Below the pieces are notes generated by a model that did not search any database, was not told the origin of the DNA, and saw nothing but the letters and a program-made list of their open reading frames with translations. A stretch of 62,292 bases of DNA, filler included. It is 4 parts of 4 records of this genome, joined end to end, with 100 filler letters (N's around TTAATTAATTAA, not from the genome) between each part and the next. Parts side by side here need not be neighbours in the genome. Positions count along the whole stretch, not along the records: positions 26,640 to 47,891 come from SRR20825006_1509; positions 47,992 to 56,663 come from SRR20825006_1543; 2 more parts are not named here. One strand, given 5' to 3'. Of this stretch, positions 38,312 to 48,295 are shown in pieces. The first letter of the stretch is position 1, and every line of letters begins with the position of its first letter. The translations under genes and the position numbers were made by a program.

Positions 38312-40216
38312 TTAGAGCTGACGCAACCAGGTTTCGAGCACCAGCAGATTCCACAACCGGTAGCCGTGATTTTGCTCGCCGGTTTCGTGGCTGCGGACCA
38401 AATCGGCGATCGCTTCGGGACGAAAGTACGCATTGATCCGAGCGTCCGATGCCAACATCGTGTCATGGACCAATGGTTTAAAATCTTCGCGAAACCATTG
38501 TCCGATGGGGATTCCGAAACCCATTTTGGGTCGAGTGAAGATCGACGAGGGTATTCGATCGCCAAACGCATCTTGCAAGATCAATTTGCCTCGTCGCCCT
38601 CGGAACTTGTGCTCGACGGGCATCGATGCCGCCAACTCAACGAATCGATAATCCAACATTGGTTGCCGCACTTCTAAACCGTGAGCCATCGACGCGATAT
38701 CGACTTTGGTGCACAGATCACACGGCAGATACGACAGGATGTCCGAAGTGGATGCCCGCGTGACGACATCGCGTCCTTCACTGCGAGCCCAGACGGATTC
38801 CAAGAAGTCGACCGGATCATGCCCCGGCAACGCCTGAACAAATTCGTCGTTGTACATCGACGCCCGCATTGATTCCGGAAAGATCTGAAGCCAATTCATG
38901 TAACGTCGAACAACGGGTTGGTCGATAGCTTCCAAGAATCGCTTGGCACGACGAACGACGGAACGCCGACGATTGGAATCAGGCAATCGCTGGATCAATC
39001 CAATGCCCGGGAACTTGTTTAGCGGGAACAACCGAGCGATCTTTTGACTCATCCACAACGCACGGTAACGTTCATAGCCGGCGAACAGCTCGTCGCCACC
39101 ATCGCCTGACAAAGCCACCTTCACACTTTCGCGAGTGAGTTTGGACAGGTACCAAGTCGGAACGGCAGATGAGTCACCGTAGGGTTCGTCATAATGCCAC
39201 ACCAGCTTTTCAAGAATATCGATCCCGCTGGGTTGAACCTCAAACCGTGTGTGGTCGGTCTGCAAGTGCTCGGCAACTTGCGCGGCGTAGCGAGTCTCAT
39301 CAAAATCAGCGACGGGAAAACCGATGCTGAACGTTCGCAATGGCGTGTCGGTATGATCGCCCGCCAAAGCCGTGATCAACGACGAATCGATGCCACCGGA
39401 CAAGAAAGATCCCAGTGGAACATCGCTTCGCATCCGCAGGCGAACAGAATCGGCTAGCAGATCACGAACCTTCTCGATCGCCTCTTCTCGACCGAGCGGA
39501 CGTTCGATCGAAGGATCAAAGTTCCAATATCGTTCCACACGCAACCCACGCTCATCCAACACCGCAAAGTGTCCCGGCGGCAGCTTGTGCACGCCTTTAA
39601 AAATCGTGCCGGGATGCGGGATGTATTGATACGTCAGGAACTCGTCAATCGCGTTGGGGTCCACTTCTTCGCAAACACCAGGCACTAACCTCAACGCCTT
39701 CAATTCACTGGCGAAAACCAAACGCCCGTTCTTGTACGAGTAATACAAAGGCTTTTGACCGATCCGGTCGCGTGCTAGCACAATTCGATTGCGTCTGGCA
39801 TCCCAAATCGCGATCGCGAACATTCCGTTGAGCGATGAAAAACAATCGGTTCCGATGTCTTCATACAGGTGAACGATCGATTCGCCGTCGCCTTGGGTCG
39901 CGAATTGGTGGCCGGCACCCTGCAAGCGTTTGCGGAGCACTTCGTAGTTGTAGATCTCGCCATTGAAGACCATTCGGACCCGGCCATCTTCGTTCGAAAG
40001 AGGTTGGCGAGCTCCTTCCACGTCGATGATCGAGAGCCGGCGGAATCCTAAGCCGACGCCCATCGGTCGCCCGGTCGCGTCGCGATGTTCAGGGTCCATC
40101 CAGATCTGCGAATCATCCGGACCACGATGAGCAATTTCGTTGGTCATCCTGGACAACAAATCGGCGTTGATCGCTTGGTCGTCGCGTTGCCAGAGTCCGC
40201 CGGTGAAACCGCACAT
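38312..40216 (-). CDS. asnB: Asparagine synthase (glutamine-hydrolysing) family amidotransferase
   Basis: MCG start, HRGPD, FNGEIYN, LSGGIDSS and SGDGGDELFAGY. Confidence 0.95.
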   Translation of the reverse strand: MCGFTGGLWQRDDQAINADLLSRMTNEIAHRGPDDSQIWMDPEHRDATGRPMGVGLGFRRLSIIDVEGARQPLSNEDGRVRMVFNGEIYNYEVLRKRLQGAGHQFATQGDGESIVHLYEDIGTDCFSSLNGMFAIAIWDARRNRIVLARDRIGQKPLYYSYKNGRLVFASELKALRLVPGVCEEVDPNAIDEFLTYQYIPHPGTIFKGVHKLPPGHFAVLDERGLRVERYWNFDPSIERPLGREEAIEKVRDLLADSVRLRMRSDVPLGSFLSGGIDSSLITALAGDHTDTPLRTFSIGFPVADFDETRYAAQVAEHLQTDHTRFEVQPSGIDILEKLVWHYDEPYGDSSAVPTWYLSKLTRESVKVALSGDGGDELFAGYERYRALWMSQKIARLFPLNKFPGIGLIQRLPDSNRRRSVVRRAKRFLEAIDQPVVRRYMNWLQIFPESMRASMYNDEFVQALPGHDPVDFLESVWARSEGRDVVTRASTSDILSYLPCDLCTKVDIASMAHGLEVRQPMLDYRFVELAASMPVEHKFRGRRGKLILQDAFGDRIPSSIFTRPKMGFGIPIGQWFREDFKPLVHDTMLASDARINAYFRPEAIADLVRSHETGEQNHGYRLWNLLVLETWLRQL

Positions 40217-40288
40217 AGAAAACGAGAGGGCTAAAGTCAGGAAGGAATTTCAAATGACGGGGTGCTAACTCGACCGCCTGATTGCGAC

Positions 40289-41581
40289 CTAGCCGACACG
40301 TTGGCTTTCACCATTGGTTCGACGAATCCGCATGTTTTCGATCTTTCGATTGGTCGCGTGCAACACTTCGACTTCCCAATGACCGACATTGAGCAAATGT
40401 CCGGCGGTGGGAATCATTCCGGTGTGATGCAGCACCCAACCGGCGACGGTTTCGTAATCATCGCTCTCCGGCAAATCCCAGTGAACCAGATCGTTGACAT
40501 CGTCGATCATGACACGTCCGTCGACATCGATGGTGTCGTCATCGATCACTCGAATTTCGAATTCTTCTTCTTCGTCCGATTCGTCAACGATCTCGCCAAC
40601 AATTTCTTCCAAAGCGTCTTCGATCGTGACAACGCCTGCCGTTTGTTGAAATTCATCGAGCACAATTGCCATGTGAGAGCGACTGTGAAGGAACTCTCGC
40701 AGCAACAAATCCACGCTGCGGTCCTTGGGAACCGACCAAGGCCGACGGCAGAGATCCAGCAACGGCTTGTTGGGCAAACCTTCACCAGCCAAATACGGCA
40801 GCAAGTCTTTCACGAACAACACACCAACCACGTTGTCGATGGTGTCTTCGTAAACAGGGTAACGAGTCCGCCCGGTTTCGATGATTGACTCGATGGCTTC
40901 TTCCCAAGTCGCCGTGACCGCAATTGCGTTGACGTCGACCCGAGGAGTCATGATGTGACCGACCGTGTCTTCGTGAAGCTCCATCACGCCTTGGATCATT
41001 TCGCGAACCCCGGGTGCGAAGAAACCTTCTCGGGTTCCCGCCGCCACAATGGTTCGGATTTCATCTTCGAGCTGTTCTTCGTCTTCGTCCTCGGTCTCTT
41101 CGACACCGGCCAAACGGCGTGAAATGATTTCCAGCAGTTCCCCTGGCGCGTGGAGCGGACGCATCACAAACGACATCGTCCGCCAGAACGGCCATGTGTG
41201 ATAAAGCAGCGGCGCCGATGCAAACCGCGTCACCGCATTGGGCAACCAAGTGTGAGTCAACATCGTCAATCCAGCCGCCGCGATCCCCCAAGCGAGAAGC
41301 GTGTTGAGATCCACATCGACTCGGTTGACGACAACGATCGTCCCGAACAACACGAACATCACCGAACCGATGACGTGCAAATACGCCCCCGCTCGAATCA
41401 CCGTGTCCTGGTGATCCAGAACCGAACCGAAACGTTCTCGATTCTTTTTGACTCGGCAATAAATCTCCAGCGAACGCCCCGCAAACCGGTCCAACAACTC
41501 ACTTCCTAGACCGCCGATACTGCCAAGAACAAAGCCCACCGCAGCGAGCGGCATCGCGTTCAAATCCGCTAGTTCGCTCAT
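40289..41581 (-). CDS. Hemolysin/CorC (CNNM-CBS-CorC) family transporter
   Basis: TM region, IMTPR, CBS pair, TIEDALEEIVGEIVDE and CorC C-terminus. Confidence 0.92.
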   Translation of the reverse strand: MSELADLNAMPLAAVGFVLGSIGGLGSELLDRFAGRSLEIYCRVKKNRERFGSVLDHQDTVIRAGAYLHVIGSVMFVLFGTIVVVNRVDVDLNTLLAWGIAAAGLTMLTHTWLPNAVTRFASAPLLYHTWPFWRTMSFVMRPLHAPGELLEIISRRLAGVEETEDEDEEQLEDEIRTIVAAGTREGFFAPGVREMIQGVMELHEDTVGHIMTPRVDVNAIAVTATWEEAIESIIETGRTRYPVYEDTIDNVVGVLFVKDLLPYLAGEGLPNKPLLDLCRRPWSVPKDRSVDLLLREFLHSRSHMAIVLDEFQQTAGVVTIEDALEEIVGEIVDESDEEEEFEIRVIDDDTIDVDGRVMIDDVNDLVHWDLPESDDYETVAGWVLHHTGMIPTAGHLLNVGHWEVEVLHATNRKIENMRIRRTNGESQRVG

Positions 41582-42162
41582 GACACACCTCCACTCATGA
41601 TCCCACCGGAGGAATCACTCGCGTCATCATCGAACGAGTCGTCTTGTTCTGGTGCCGAGTCCTCATCATTGCTCAGCGGCAATTCGATCCCAATCAGTTT
41701 CATCGCGGCAATTTCTGCTCGTCGCATCGCTGCGCGAGGTTCGGGTGACTGATCATCGTGACCGACGATGTGCAACGTTCCATGAACAACGTAGAGCAAC
41801 AACTCTTCGCGTGGTGACAACGGATTGCTCGGTTCGCTGGCGTTTTCAATCGCTGTTTCAAAGCTGGCGACGAGCTCGCCTTCGACCATCGGAGGTTCCA
41901 ACTCGTACGGGAAACTGATCACGTCGGTCGGGTAATCATGCTGCAAAAATTCGCGATTGATGGGATGGATCGTCGCATCGTCGCAAATCCGGACTCCAAC
42001 TGAACCGCGATCACACCCTTCGACTGACGCAGCAGCAATCGCCGCTTGGGCAAGTTCGGTGCGTGCAGTTTCGAGGCAACCAAACCAGATCGATAAGTCA
42101 GGTTCCGCTTCCTCATCGATGAGAACATCCGCGGTCAAGTTGGTTGAAGGCTGTTCCATCAC
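41578..42162 (-). CDS. ybeY: rRNA maturation RNase YbeY
   Basis: NREF, PTDVISF and HGTLHIVGHDD motifs; phoH operon context. Confidence 0.93.
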   Translation of the reverse strand: MMEQPSTNLTADVLIDEEAEPDLSIWFGCLETARTELAQAAIAAASVEGCDRGSVGVRICDDATIHPINREFLQHDYPTDVISFPYELEPPMVEGELVASFETAIENASEPSNPLSPREELLLYVVHGTLHIVGHDDQSPEPRAAMRRAEIAAMKLIGIELPLSNDEDSAPEQDDSFDDDASDSSGGIMSGGVS

Positions 42163-44543
42163 GCCGATTGTTGTCCAGGATACTTCACGCGTGCGTGATA
42201 AATCGCCGTCAGCGACTTCACCAAACTTTGCCGGACACGATGCAACTGAGCAAAGGTGATCCCACAGTCATCGAACTGACCATCGGCGACCTTCTTTTGA
42301 GCGATCGCGTCGACCAACCCTTGAATTCGAGCAGGCGTCGGATCGACCAACGTTCTCGACGCACTCTCAACCGTGTCCGCTAACATCAAAACGGCCGCTT
42401 CCAAAGTTTGCGGCTTTGGCCCCGGATAACGAAAATCTTTGTCGCTGACCGCTTCACGATTGGGATCTTCTTCGCTGCGTTTAGCGGCTTCGCGATAGAA
42501 GTATTCAACCAGCGTTGTGCCATGATGCTGAAGAATGAAATCGATGATCGGTTCAGGCAAGTGGTGATTGCGAGCCAAATCGGCTCCGTCTTTCACGTGC
42601 GCGATGATAACCAATGTGCTCATCGCGGGCTGCAACGAATCGTGCTGGTTGATTCCCGCCGATTGATTCTCGATGAAGTATTCCGGTTTGAACATCTTGC
42701 CGATGTCGTGGAAGTACGCTCCCACGCGAACCAGCAAACCGTTTGCTCCGATCGCATCCGCCGCGGCTTCGGCGATCGACGCAACGTTGATCGAGTGGTT
42801 GTAGGTCCCCGGTGCACGCTGAGCCAAACGGCGCAGCAACGGATGCGATGCATCCCCGAGCTCCAACAAACTGAGGTCGGTCTGCACACCAAACGCTTTC
42901 TCGACCAGAGGCAGCAAGCCGGTCATCGCCAAGGACGAGAACAAAATGCAAACGCCCGCCCAGCCGGCTTCGGCAACCAAGCCGTTGACGACGTGATTCA
43001 AAGATCCGCCGCTCAGCATTCCTTCCAAGTTTCCGCCCGGTGCGCCAGACGAAAGCGTTTGTCCGGTCACAATTCCAACGCCCACAACCGTGAACATGGT
43101 GATCGTCGCTGAGATCAAACCAACCGTGACCAAGTGAGTTCGCGAACGAATGCGGCCCGTCAACAAGGTGCACGTGGTGCAGGCCGCCGTCACGACGACC
43201 AAGTTCGGAATGTCCGCTCCGAGCAAAAGAATGACGGACAAACAGACCGACGCCAGCAACAGAATCGCGAGTTCGCGTCCGTAGACCACCGCGGCGGTGA
43301 TCGATGCCAAAACAAGGGGTACCAGCTCGGCTCGCCAAGCATCTCGTGACGCGTGATAAGCCAAAACAATCGTGACCACCATCAACGCGAGCAGCTTGAC
43401 CAGCTTGTTGCGATCCAACAGCAACGAACGATCATCGACGAACCAGATATAGGAACCGCACAGCAAATACAACGCGGCGATCATTCCGGCGTAGGCCGCG
43501 ACGCGAGCGACTCGGTCGCCCCAACGCATCGATTCGACCAACTTGGACCACTCACTTCGAAGCAGACCCAATTCGCGGCCGGTCAGCGGTTTGCCCGCGT
43601 CAGCCAATTTCGTTTGGCCCGCATAGAAAGTCATCATCACGTCTTCGACCGCCGCGGCCGCTTGATCGCGAACCTTTTGGCTGGCTTCGTCGTCGTATTT
43701 CAGCGTTTCAAATTCCGGCAACCGAGTTCGTAACCAGTCACCGATCATGTCCGCAGCGATCAAACCTTCGTCGCCAGGGAAACGCGAACGGAATTGGTCG
43801 CGGAGTTCTTTGACCAATTGATTGCCGGCTTCGGCGATGATGACTTTTGACAATTCCACCGGCACGGCTTCATCGGTTTGGTCACCGGTGAAGACACGAA
43901 TCATCCGCTGCGAACCTTTTTCGGGCGGGTGCTGCGGGGCTTGAAGGATGCCGTTTTTGTAGAGCTTCAGCATTGCGGAATCGACCGCGGCTTCTAAAGT
44001 CGCCAAGTCCTTGTCTTTGCTGAAGACTCGCTTGAGCAACGCGAATCTTTCGGCGGGTGATTCGCCGTCGGGCGCGGTCTCGCTGCCCTCATAGAATTCG
44101 GTCAGAGCGGATCGTTCTTCTTTGCCAAGCTGCTCATAGTTGGCCGCACCAAGAACTAGGAACAATCGGTTTTTCAGTGCCGCACGCAACTGTTCCAACC
44201 GCTGTGGCGAATTCCGGTACAGCGTCATCACTTCACGACGGCGACGTTCTTTCAAATCACCCGTGGCAATCGCATCGGCAACTTGAAAGTCCACTCGCGA
44301 AATTAAATCCCGCGCCGGGATCGCACCGCTTCGGTAACTGAACGCTGGTTTCCAAGTAAAACACAGGACCAGAATCGTACACGCGGCGATCAGTGTCATT
44401 CCGACGCGAAGCGACCACTCCGCTTTGTCTTTGCGGTCCCACCAAGTCGCCCATTTGGACTTCGGGATCCCTAGCGACTCGATGCGTTCTTTGCCCGCAC
44501 GTTGTTTGCCTTTGGTCGTCCCGCTTTTGCTCGCACCGCTCAT
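42159..44543 (-). CDS. 7TM-HD phosphohydrolase (PgpH-like cyclic-di-AMP phosphodiesterase family)
   Basis: Extracellular domain, multi-TM region, APGTYNHS, HDIGK, HHGT, FRYPGPKP and MLADTVE. Confidence 0.9.
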   Translation of the reverse strand: MSGASKSGTTKGKQRAGKERIESLGIPKSKWATWWDRKDKAEWSLRVGMTLIAACTILVLCFTWKPAFSYRSGAIPARDLISRVDFQVADAIATGDLKERRRREVMTLYRNSPQRLEQLRAALKNRLFLVLGAANYEQLGKEERSALTEFYEGSETAPDGESPAERFALLKRVFSKDKDLATLEAAVDSAMLKLYKNGILQAPQHPPEKGSQRMIRVFTGDQTDEAVPVELSKVIIAEAGNQLVKELRDQFRSRFPGDEGLIAADMIGDWLRTRLPEFETLKYDDEASQKVRDQAAAAVEDVMMTFYAGQTKLADAGKPLTGRELGLLRSEWSKLVESMRWGDRVARVAAYAGMIAALYLLCGSYIWFVDDRSLLLDRNKLVKLLALMVVTIVLAYHASRDAWRAELVPLVLASITAAVVYGRELAILLLASVCLSVILLLGADIPNLVVVTAACTTCTLLTGRIRSRTHLVTVGLISATITMFTVVGVGIVTGQTLSSGAPGGNLEGMLSGGSLNHVVNGLVAEAGWAGVCILFSSLAMTGLLPLVEKAFGVQTDLSLLELGDASHPLLRRLAQRAPGTYNHSINVASIAEAAADAIGANGLLVRVGAYFHDIGKMFKPEYFIENQSAGINQHDSLQPAMSTLVIIAHVKDGADLARNHHLPEPIIDFILQHHGTTLVEYFYREAAKRSEEDPNREAVSDKDFRYPGPKPQTLEAAVLMLADTVESASRTLVDPTPARIQGLVDAIAQKKVADGQFDDCGITFAQLHRVRQSLVKSLTAIYHARVKYPGQQSA

Positions 44544-45688
44544 TCGCTCGGTTGAGTCTCCGAATCAGAGTTCGTGATCGGCTCGGATGCCGAGCTGGAC
44601 GCTGCCGAATCGCTGGAGGGTCGATCCTGCGATTGGGTGAACGTCTCTAAATCACCTGAATTGGCTTCGGTCAAACCTTCGTCTGATCCTTCCGTTGCGG
44701 AGCTGTCGGAGTCCGACTTTTCCGAATCAGCTTCATACGCTGCAACGATCTGCTGAACCAAACGGTGACGAACGATATCGGCGGCTCCAAGGCGAATCTG
44801 TGCGATCCCCTTGATGCTGCTGAGTCGGTACACCGCGTCGTGAAGTCCACTGCGAACGCCACGCGGCAAATCGAGCTGCGTTGCATCGCCACTGACCACC
44901 ATCTTGCTCCGTTCACCCATCCGGGTCAGGAACATCTTCATTTGTGCAACAGTCGTGTTTTGAGCTTCGTCCAAGATGATGAACGCATCGTTCAACGTCC
45001 GACCTCGCATGTACGCCAGGGGAACGATTTCGATGACATCTTGTTCCATCAATGCACGGGCTTGGTCATAGTCAACCATTTCGCCGAGTGCATCGAGCAG
45101 CGGTCGTAGATAAGGATTCAGCTTGGCTCGCAAATCACCCGGTAAAAAACCAAGGCTTTCGCCAGCTTCCACGGCTGGCCGAACGAGCACGATCTTCTTG
45201 ATGGATTCGTTTCGCAAAGCCTCGACCGCGGTGGCCACGGCCAAATAAGTCTTGCCGCAACCTGCCGGCCCCGTTGCGATAGTTAGATCGTTTTGCCGGA
45301 TGGCTTCGACATAGCGAGCTTGTCCGGGAGTTCGCGGTGCGATTTTGCGACCCGCGTTTTGTAAGTTGATCGCTTCGCCACTCGGCGTCGGTGGCCGACC
45401 GTTTTCGATCTTGGCACCTTCTTCCGCCGCCGCGGTCTCGATATCGCCGATGCTGAGCGAGCCTTTCTTGCGGCACAGCAAACGCAGTTTTTCCAGCGTG
45501 CGCATCGCAGCACCGACGCCAGTCTCTTCTCCGGCGACGCGGATTTTCCCAGCTCGATGCGTGATGTCGACGCCAAACAGCCGTCGCAGCTTGCGCACGT
45601 GTTGATCGCGAGGACCGAACAACGTCAGGACTTCATTGGGACCCGCTGTCGACAGCGTGGCTTCGTTCATTGCAGATTGGACCGACAT
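44540..45688 (-). CDS. phoH: PhoH family ATPase
   Basis: GPAGCGKT, RPAVEAGE, YMRGRT and DEAQN. Confidence 0.95.
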   Translation of the reverse strand: MSVQSAMNEATLSTAGPNEVLTLFGPRDQHVRKLRRLFGVDITHRAGKIRVAGEETGVGAAMRTLEKLRLLCRKKGSLSIGDIETAAAEEGAKIENGRPPTPSGEAINLQNAGRKIAPRTPGQARYVEAIRQNDLTIATGPAGCGKTYLAVATAVEALRNESIKKIVLVRPAVEAGESLGFLPGDLRAKLNPYLRPLLDALGEMVDYDQARALMEQDVIEIVPLAYMRGRTLNDAFIILDEAQNTTVAQMKMFLTRMGERSKMVVSGDATQLDLPRGVRSGLHDAVYRLSSIKGIAQIRLGAADIVRHRLVQQIVAAYEADSEKSDSDSSATEGSDEGLTEANSGDLETFTQSQDRPSSDSAASSSASEPITNSDSETQPSE

Positions 45689-45794
45689 GCGTCAGAGCGT
45701 TTCATAAAGAGTGACTAATTCTAACCGTCCCACACGTGGTCCGACCATCGTGCGACGTTGGATTGAGCAGAATTCACGGGAGGCCAACGGGCCG

Positions 45795-46841
45795 TCATGC
45801 CGCGGCCGCTAAACAAAGAAAAGCCGGCAAAATCGCAGCAATCAACGAATCCGTCACATCCCAGACTCCCCCCAAACCGGGAAGCCAATTTCCGGAATCT
45901 TTTGCCCCACAGTCTCGTTTGAACATCGATTCCGCCAAATCACCGACCATTCCGGTGATTGCAAGGGCCGGGCCAAAGATGAACGCCCAACTGGTCGACG
46001 GCAGCGAACTCAACGGAATCGCGTCGGAAACCAACGCTGGAAACAACCACCGCAAACAAGCCATCGCCACCAATGTCGACATCACGACACCGCCAACCGC
46101 TCCCTCCCAAGTCTTTCCTGGACTTAGTCGCGGGATCAGCTTGTGACGACCAAACGCCTTGCCGGCGAAGTACGCCCCCGCATCGGCAGACTTGGTCGTC
46201 GCGATCATCGTCAGCAACGCTGCCAATCCCCAAGACGTGCTGATGTCGCTTCCCAAACCGCGAATCGCGAAAAGCAAACTCATTGGCAACCCGACGTACA
46301 GGGAGACAAACGCCGCCCGCATGGTTCGGTCAATACTGCTGGAAGCCGGTAACACAACGGAGTCCACCTTCGCGGTCGACGCATCCAACTGCTCAGGAAC
46401 AACCGCAACGTACGACCGCATTTCGCGAATGAGCAGCGCAAACACCGAAGCAATCGCCATGGTGATCACCCAACCCAATTGTCCGATGGGGCAATCCCTT
46501 GGGTAGGCACCTATCGCACCACCGCTGAGCTGCGACGCCGCATTGACCAGCGCCGGAATGGCGGGGCCCAGACTGATCGCACCAACCGCGATCATACACC
46601 CGGCTCGCCAAACATCTCGACCAGACGACATCAACAACGAGGTGACATCCCAGGTCGTTCCCAGTGCGAAAAAAAGCAACAACGGAACAAGAAGCAAACC
46701 TTCCGTTCCGGCGGTGCTGAATTTCGCGTCAACGAACAAGCATCCCAATGCGATCGCAATCAACACCGCTGCGCTGCGAAGCCGGTCGATCAACAATGAA
46801 TGGGATCCTTGCGAAAAGTCAGATTCAAAATTGTCCGTCAA
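45795..46841 (-). CDS. cdsA: Phosphatidate cytidylyltransferase
   Basis: SPGKTWEG, GDLAESMFKR and KDSG...PGLGGVWD; start uncertain. Confidence 0.9.
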   Translation of the reverse strand: MTDNFESDFSQGSHSLLIDRLRSAAVLIAIALGCLFVDAKFSTAGTEGLLLVPLLLFFALGTTWDVTSLLMSSGRDVWRAGCMIAVGAISLGPAIPALVNAASQLSGGAIGAYPRDCPIGQLGWVITMAIASVFALLIREMRSYVAVVPEQLDASTAKVDSVVLPASSSIDRTMRAAFVSLYVGLPMSLLFAIRGLGSDISTSWGLAALLTMIATTKSADAGAYFAGKAFGRHKLIPRLSPGKTWEGAVGGVVMSTLVAMACLRWLFPALVSDAIPLSSLPSTSWAFIFGPALAITGMVGDLAESMFKRDCGAKDSGNWLPGLGGVWDVTDSLIAAILPAFLCLAAAA

Positions 46842-46932
46842 AGCCCAAAACAGCGAACGTCATTCTCAAGACGATCACCGTGTGACTCAAACATCATCGC
46901 CCAATACGCCAACGGCCAGGGCGTTGGTTCAA

Positions 46933-47451
46933 CTAGCCAACCAAATCTTTCAGAGCCTGCAGGGCTCCGTCGTAGTTTGGTTCTTCGGTGACTTCGGACA
47001 CGATTTGCTTGTAAACAACCTTTCCGTCGGCATCCAAAACGATGACGGCACGACTCAGCAACTTCAGCTCTTCGATTTCGACTCCGTAGTCTTCACCGAA
47101 TGCGTGGGTTTGGTAATCGCTGGCGGTTCGCATTTGAACGTTTTCTGCACCGCAGAAACGTGCTTGAGCAAATGGCAAATCGCGGCTGACCGTCACGGCG
47201 TTGATCTTGTCGCCCAATTCGCCCAACTGCTCGTTGAACTTCTTCGTTTGAGTCGCGCAAGTTGGCGTGTCCAAGCTGGGCACGATGCTGATCATCGAAG
47301 GTTTTCCCTTCAGATCGGCCAACTTCAATTCCTTCAAACCTTCGTGGGCGTAGTGCAGGCTGAAATCCGGAGCTGCCTGACCGACGGCCAATTCGCTGCC
47401 AGCGAGAGTCATCGGATTGCCTTTGAACGTGATCACACCACTTTGACTCAT
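46933..47451 (-). CDS. tpx: Thiol peroxidase
   Basis: PSLDTPTC and SRDLPFAQARFC. Confidence 0.96.
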   Translation of the reverse strand: MSQSGVITFKGNPMTLAGSELAVGQAAPDFSLHYAHEGLKELKLADLKGKPSMISIVPSLDTPTCATQTKKFNEQLGELGDKINAVTVSRDLPFAQARFCGAENVQMRTASDYQTHAFGEDYGVEIEELKLLSRAVIVLDADGKVVYKQIVSEVTEEPNYDGALQALKDLVG

Positions 47452-47800
47452 CGAAATTCACTTTGATTGAGAGAACAGGTCGGACGGGAAGTCGGCAGTA
47501 TGCGCATCGCCGTTCCGGTCGTGAACCCCCGGCGATGCCCCTGCTCGAATCACGCCACTTTGCCGTCAATTTGATGCTTTCGACGACCGTGTCCAGCAAC
47601 CGGCCAAAAGAACATTTGAAATCTTTGTGAATCTAGAGCGGTATCTGACGCAATTGACGTACTTTCAGGTTGCAAACTGCTCTCAGGGATGCGCAAATGG
47701 GGTAATTCGGTCAGACGCAGGTTTCCCCAAACCGACAACGAGCTAGACTACGCAAAGTGGTGGTGGGATACGCCTAACCACCATGAAGCCCCCCATCGAC

Positions 47801-47880
47801 TAACGGGCTGTTGATTGAATGAGCCGTACCGCGTTGGCGGCGGTTAGCCAAATGCCAACCAGGGCTAACGCCCATCGGCT
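47801..47880 (-). repeat. Planctomycete REP/MITE-like palindromic repeat at contig end
   Basis: Imperfect hairpin AGCCG..GCGTT..GGTT / AACC..AACGC..CGGCT preceded by TAACGGGCTGTTGA; same family as 26640-26703. Confidence 0.7.
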
Positions 47881-47891
47881 AATTGTTGTCA

Positions 47892-47991
47892 NNNNNNNNN
47901 NNNNNNNNNNNNNNNNNNNNNNNNNNNNNNNNNNNTTAATTAATTAANNNNNNNNNNNNNNNNNNNNNNNNNNNNNNNNNNNNNNNNNNNN
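47892..47991. other. Artificial contig linker
   Basis: N44-TTAATTAATTAA-N44. Confidence 0.99.
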
Positions 47992-48295
47992 CCATTAATT
48001 GATATTTTAGTTTGTTTGAAATTTTAGATACCTCTGATCAATCTTGTCAATCGATTTTTCAACTTGTAAAAATTATTAAAAATCAAAAGCCTAATTGAAA
48101 ATTTTAATTCCAGACGCTGAAACTTGTAATCAACCGGGAAATGATCTTTGACCTATCGGGGACGCAAAATCAGAAATTGGCCGCCGTCGAATGTGCGTAA
48201 AATCCGATCACATTTGCCGGTCATATTTGGCAGGCAGGTACGATCTCGCCCGACGTTCAGGCTTTTTTTGCCACACCCAAATCCCATATGCTTTA

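Noticed and set aside
35749-40216. asnB as an exosortase-system amidotransferase acting with the PEP-CTERM protein
   Set aside because: Opposite strands and separate transcription units; no exosortase or EPS genes nearby.
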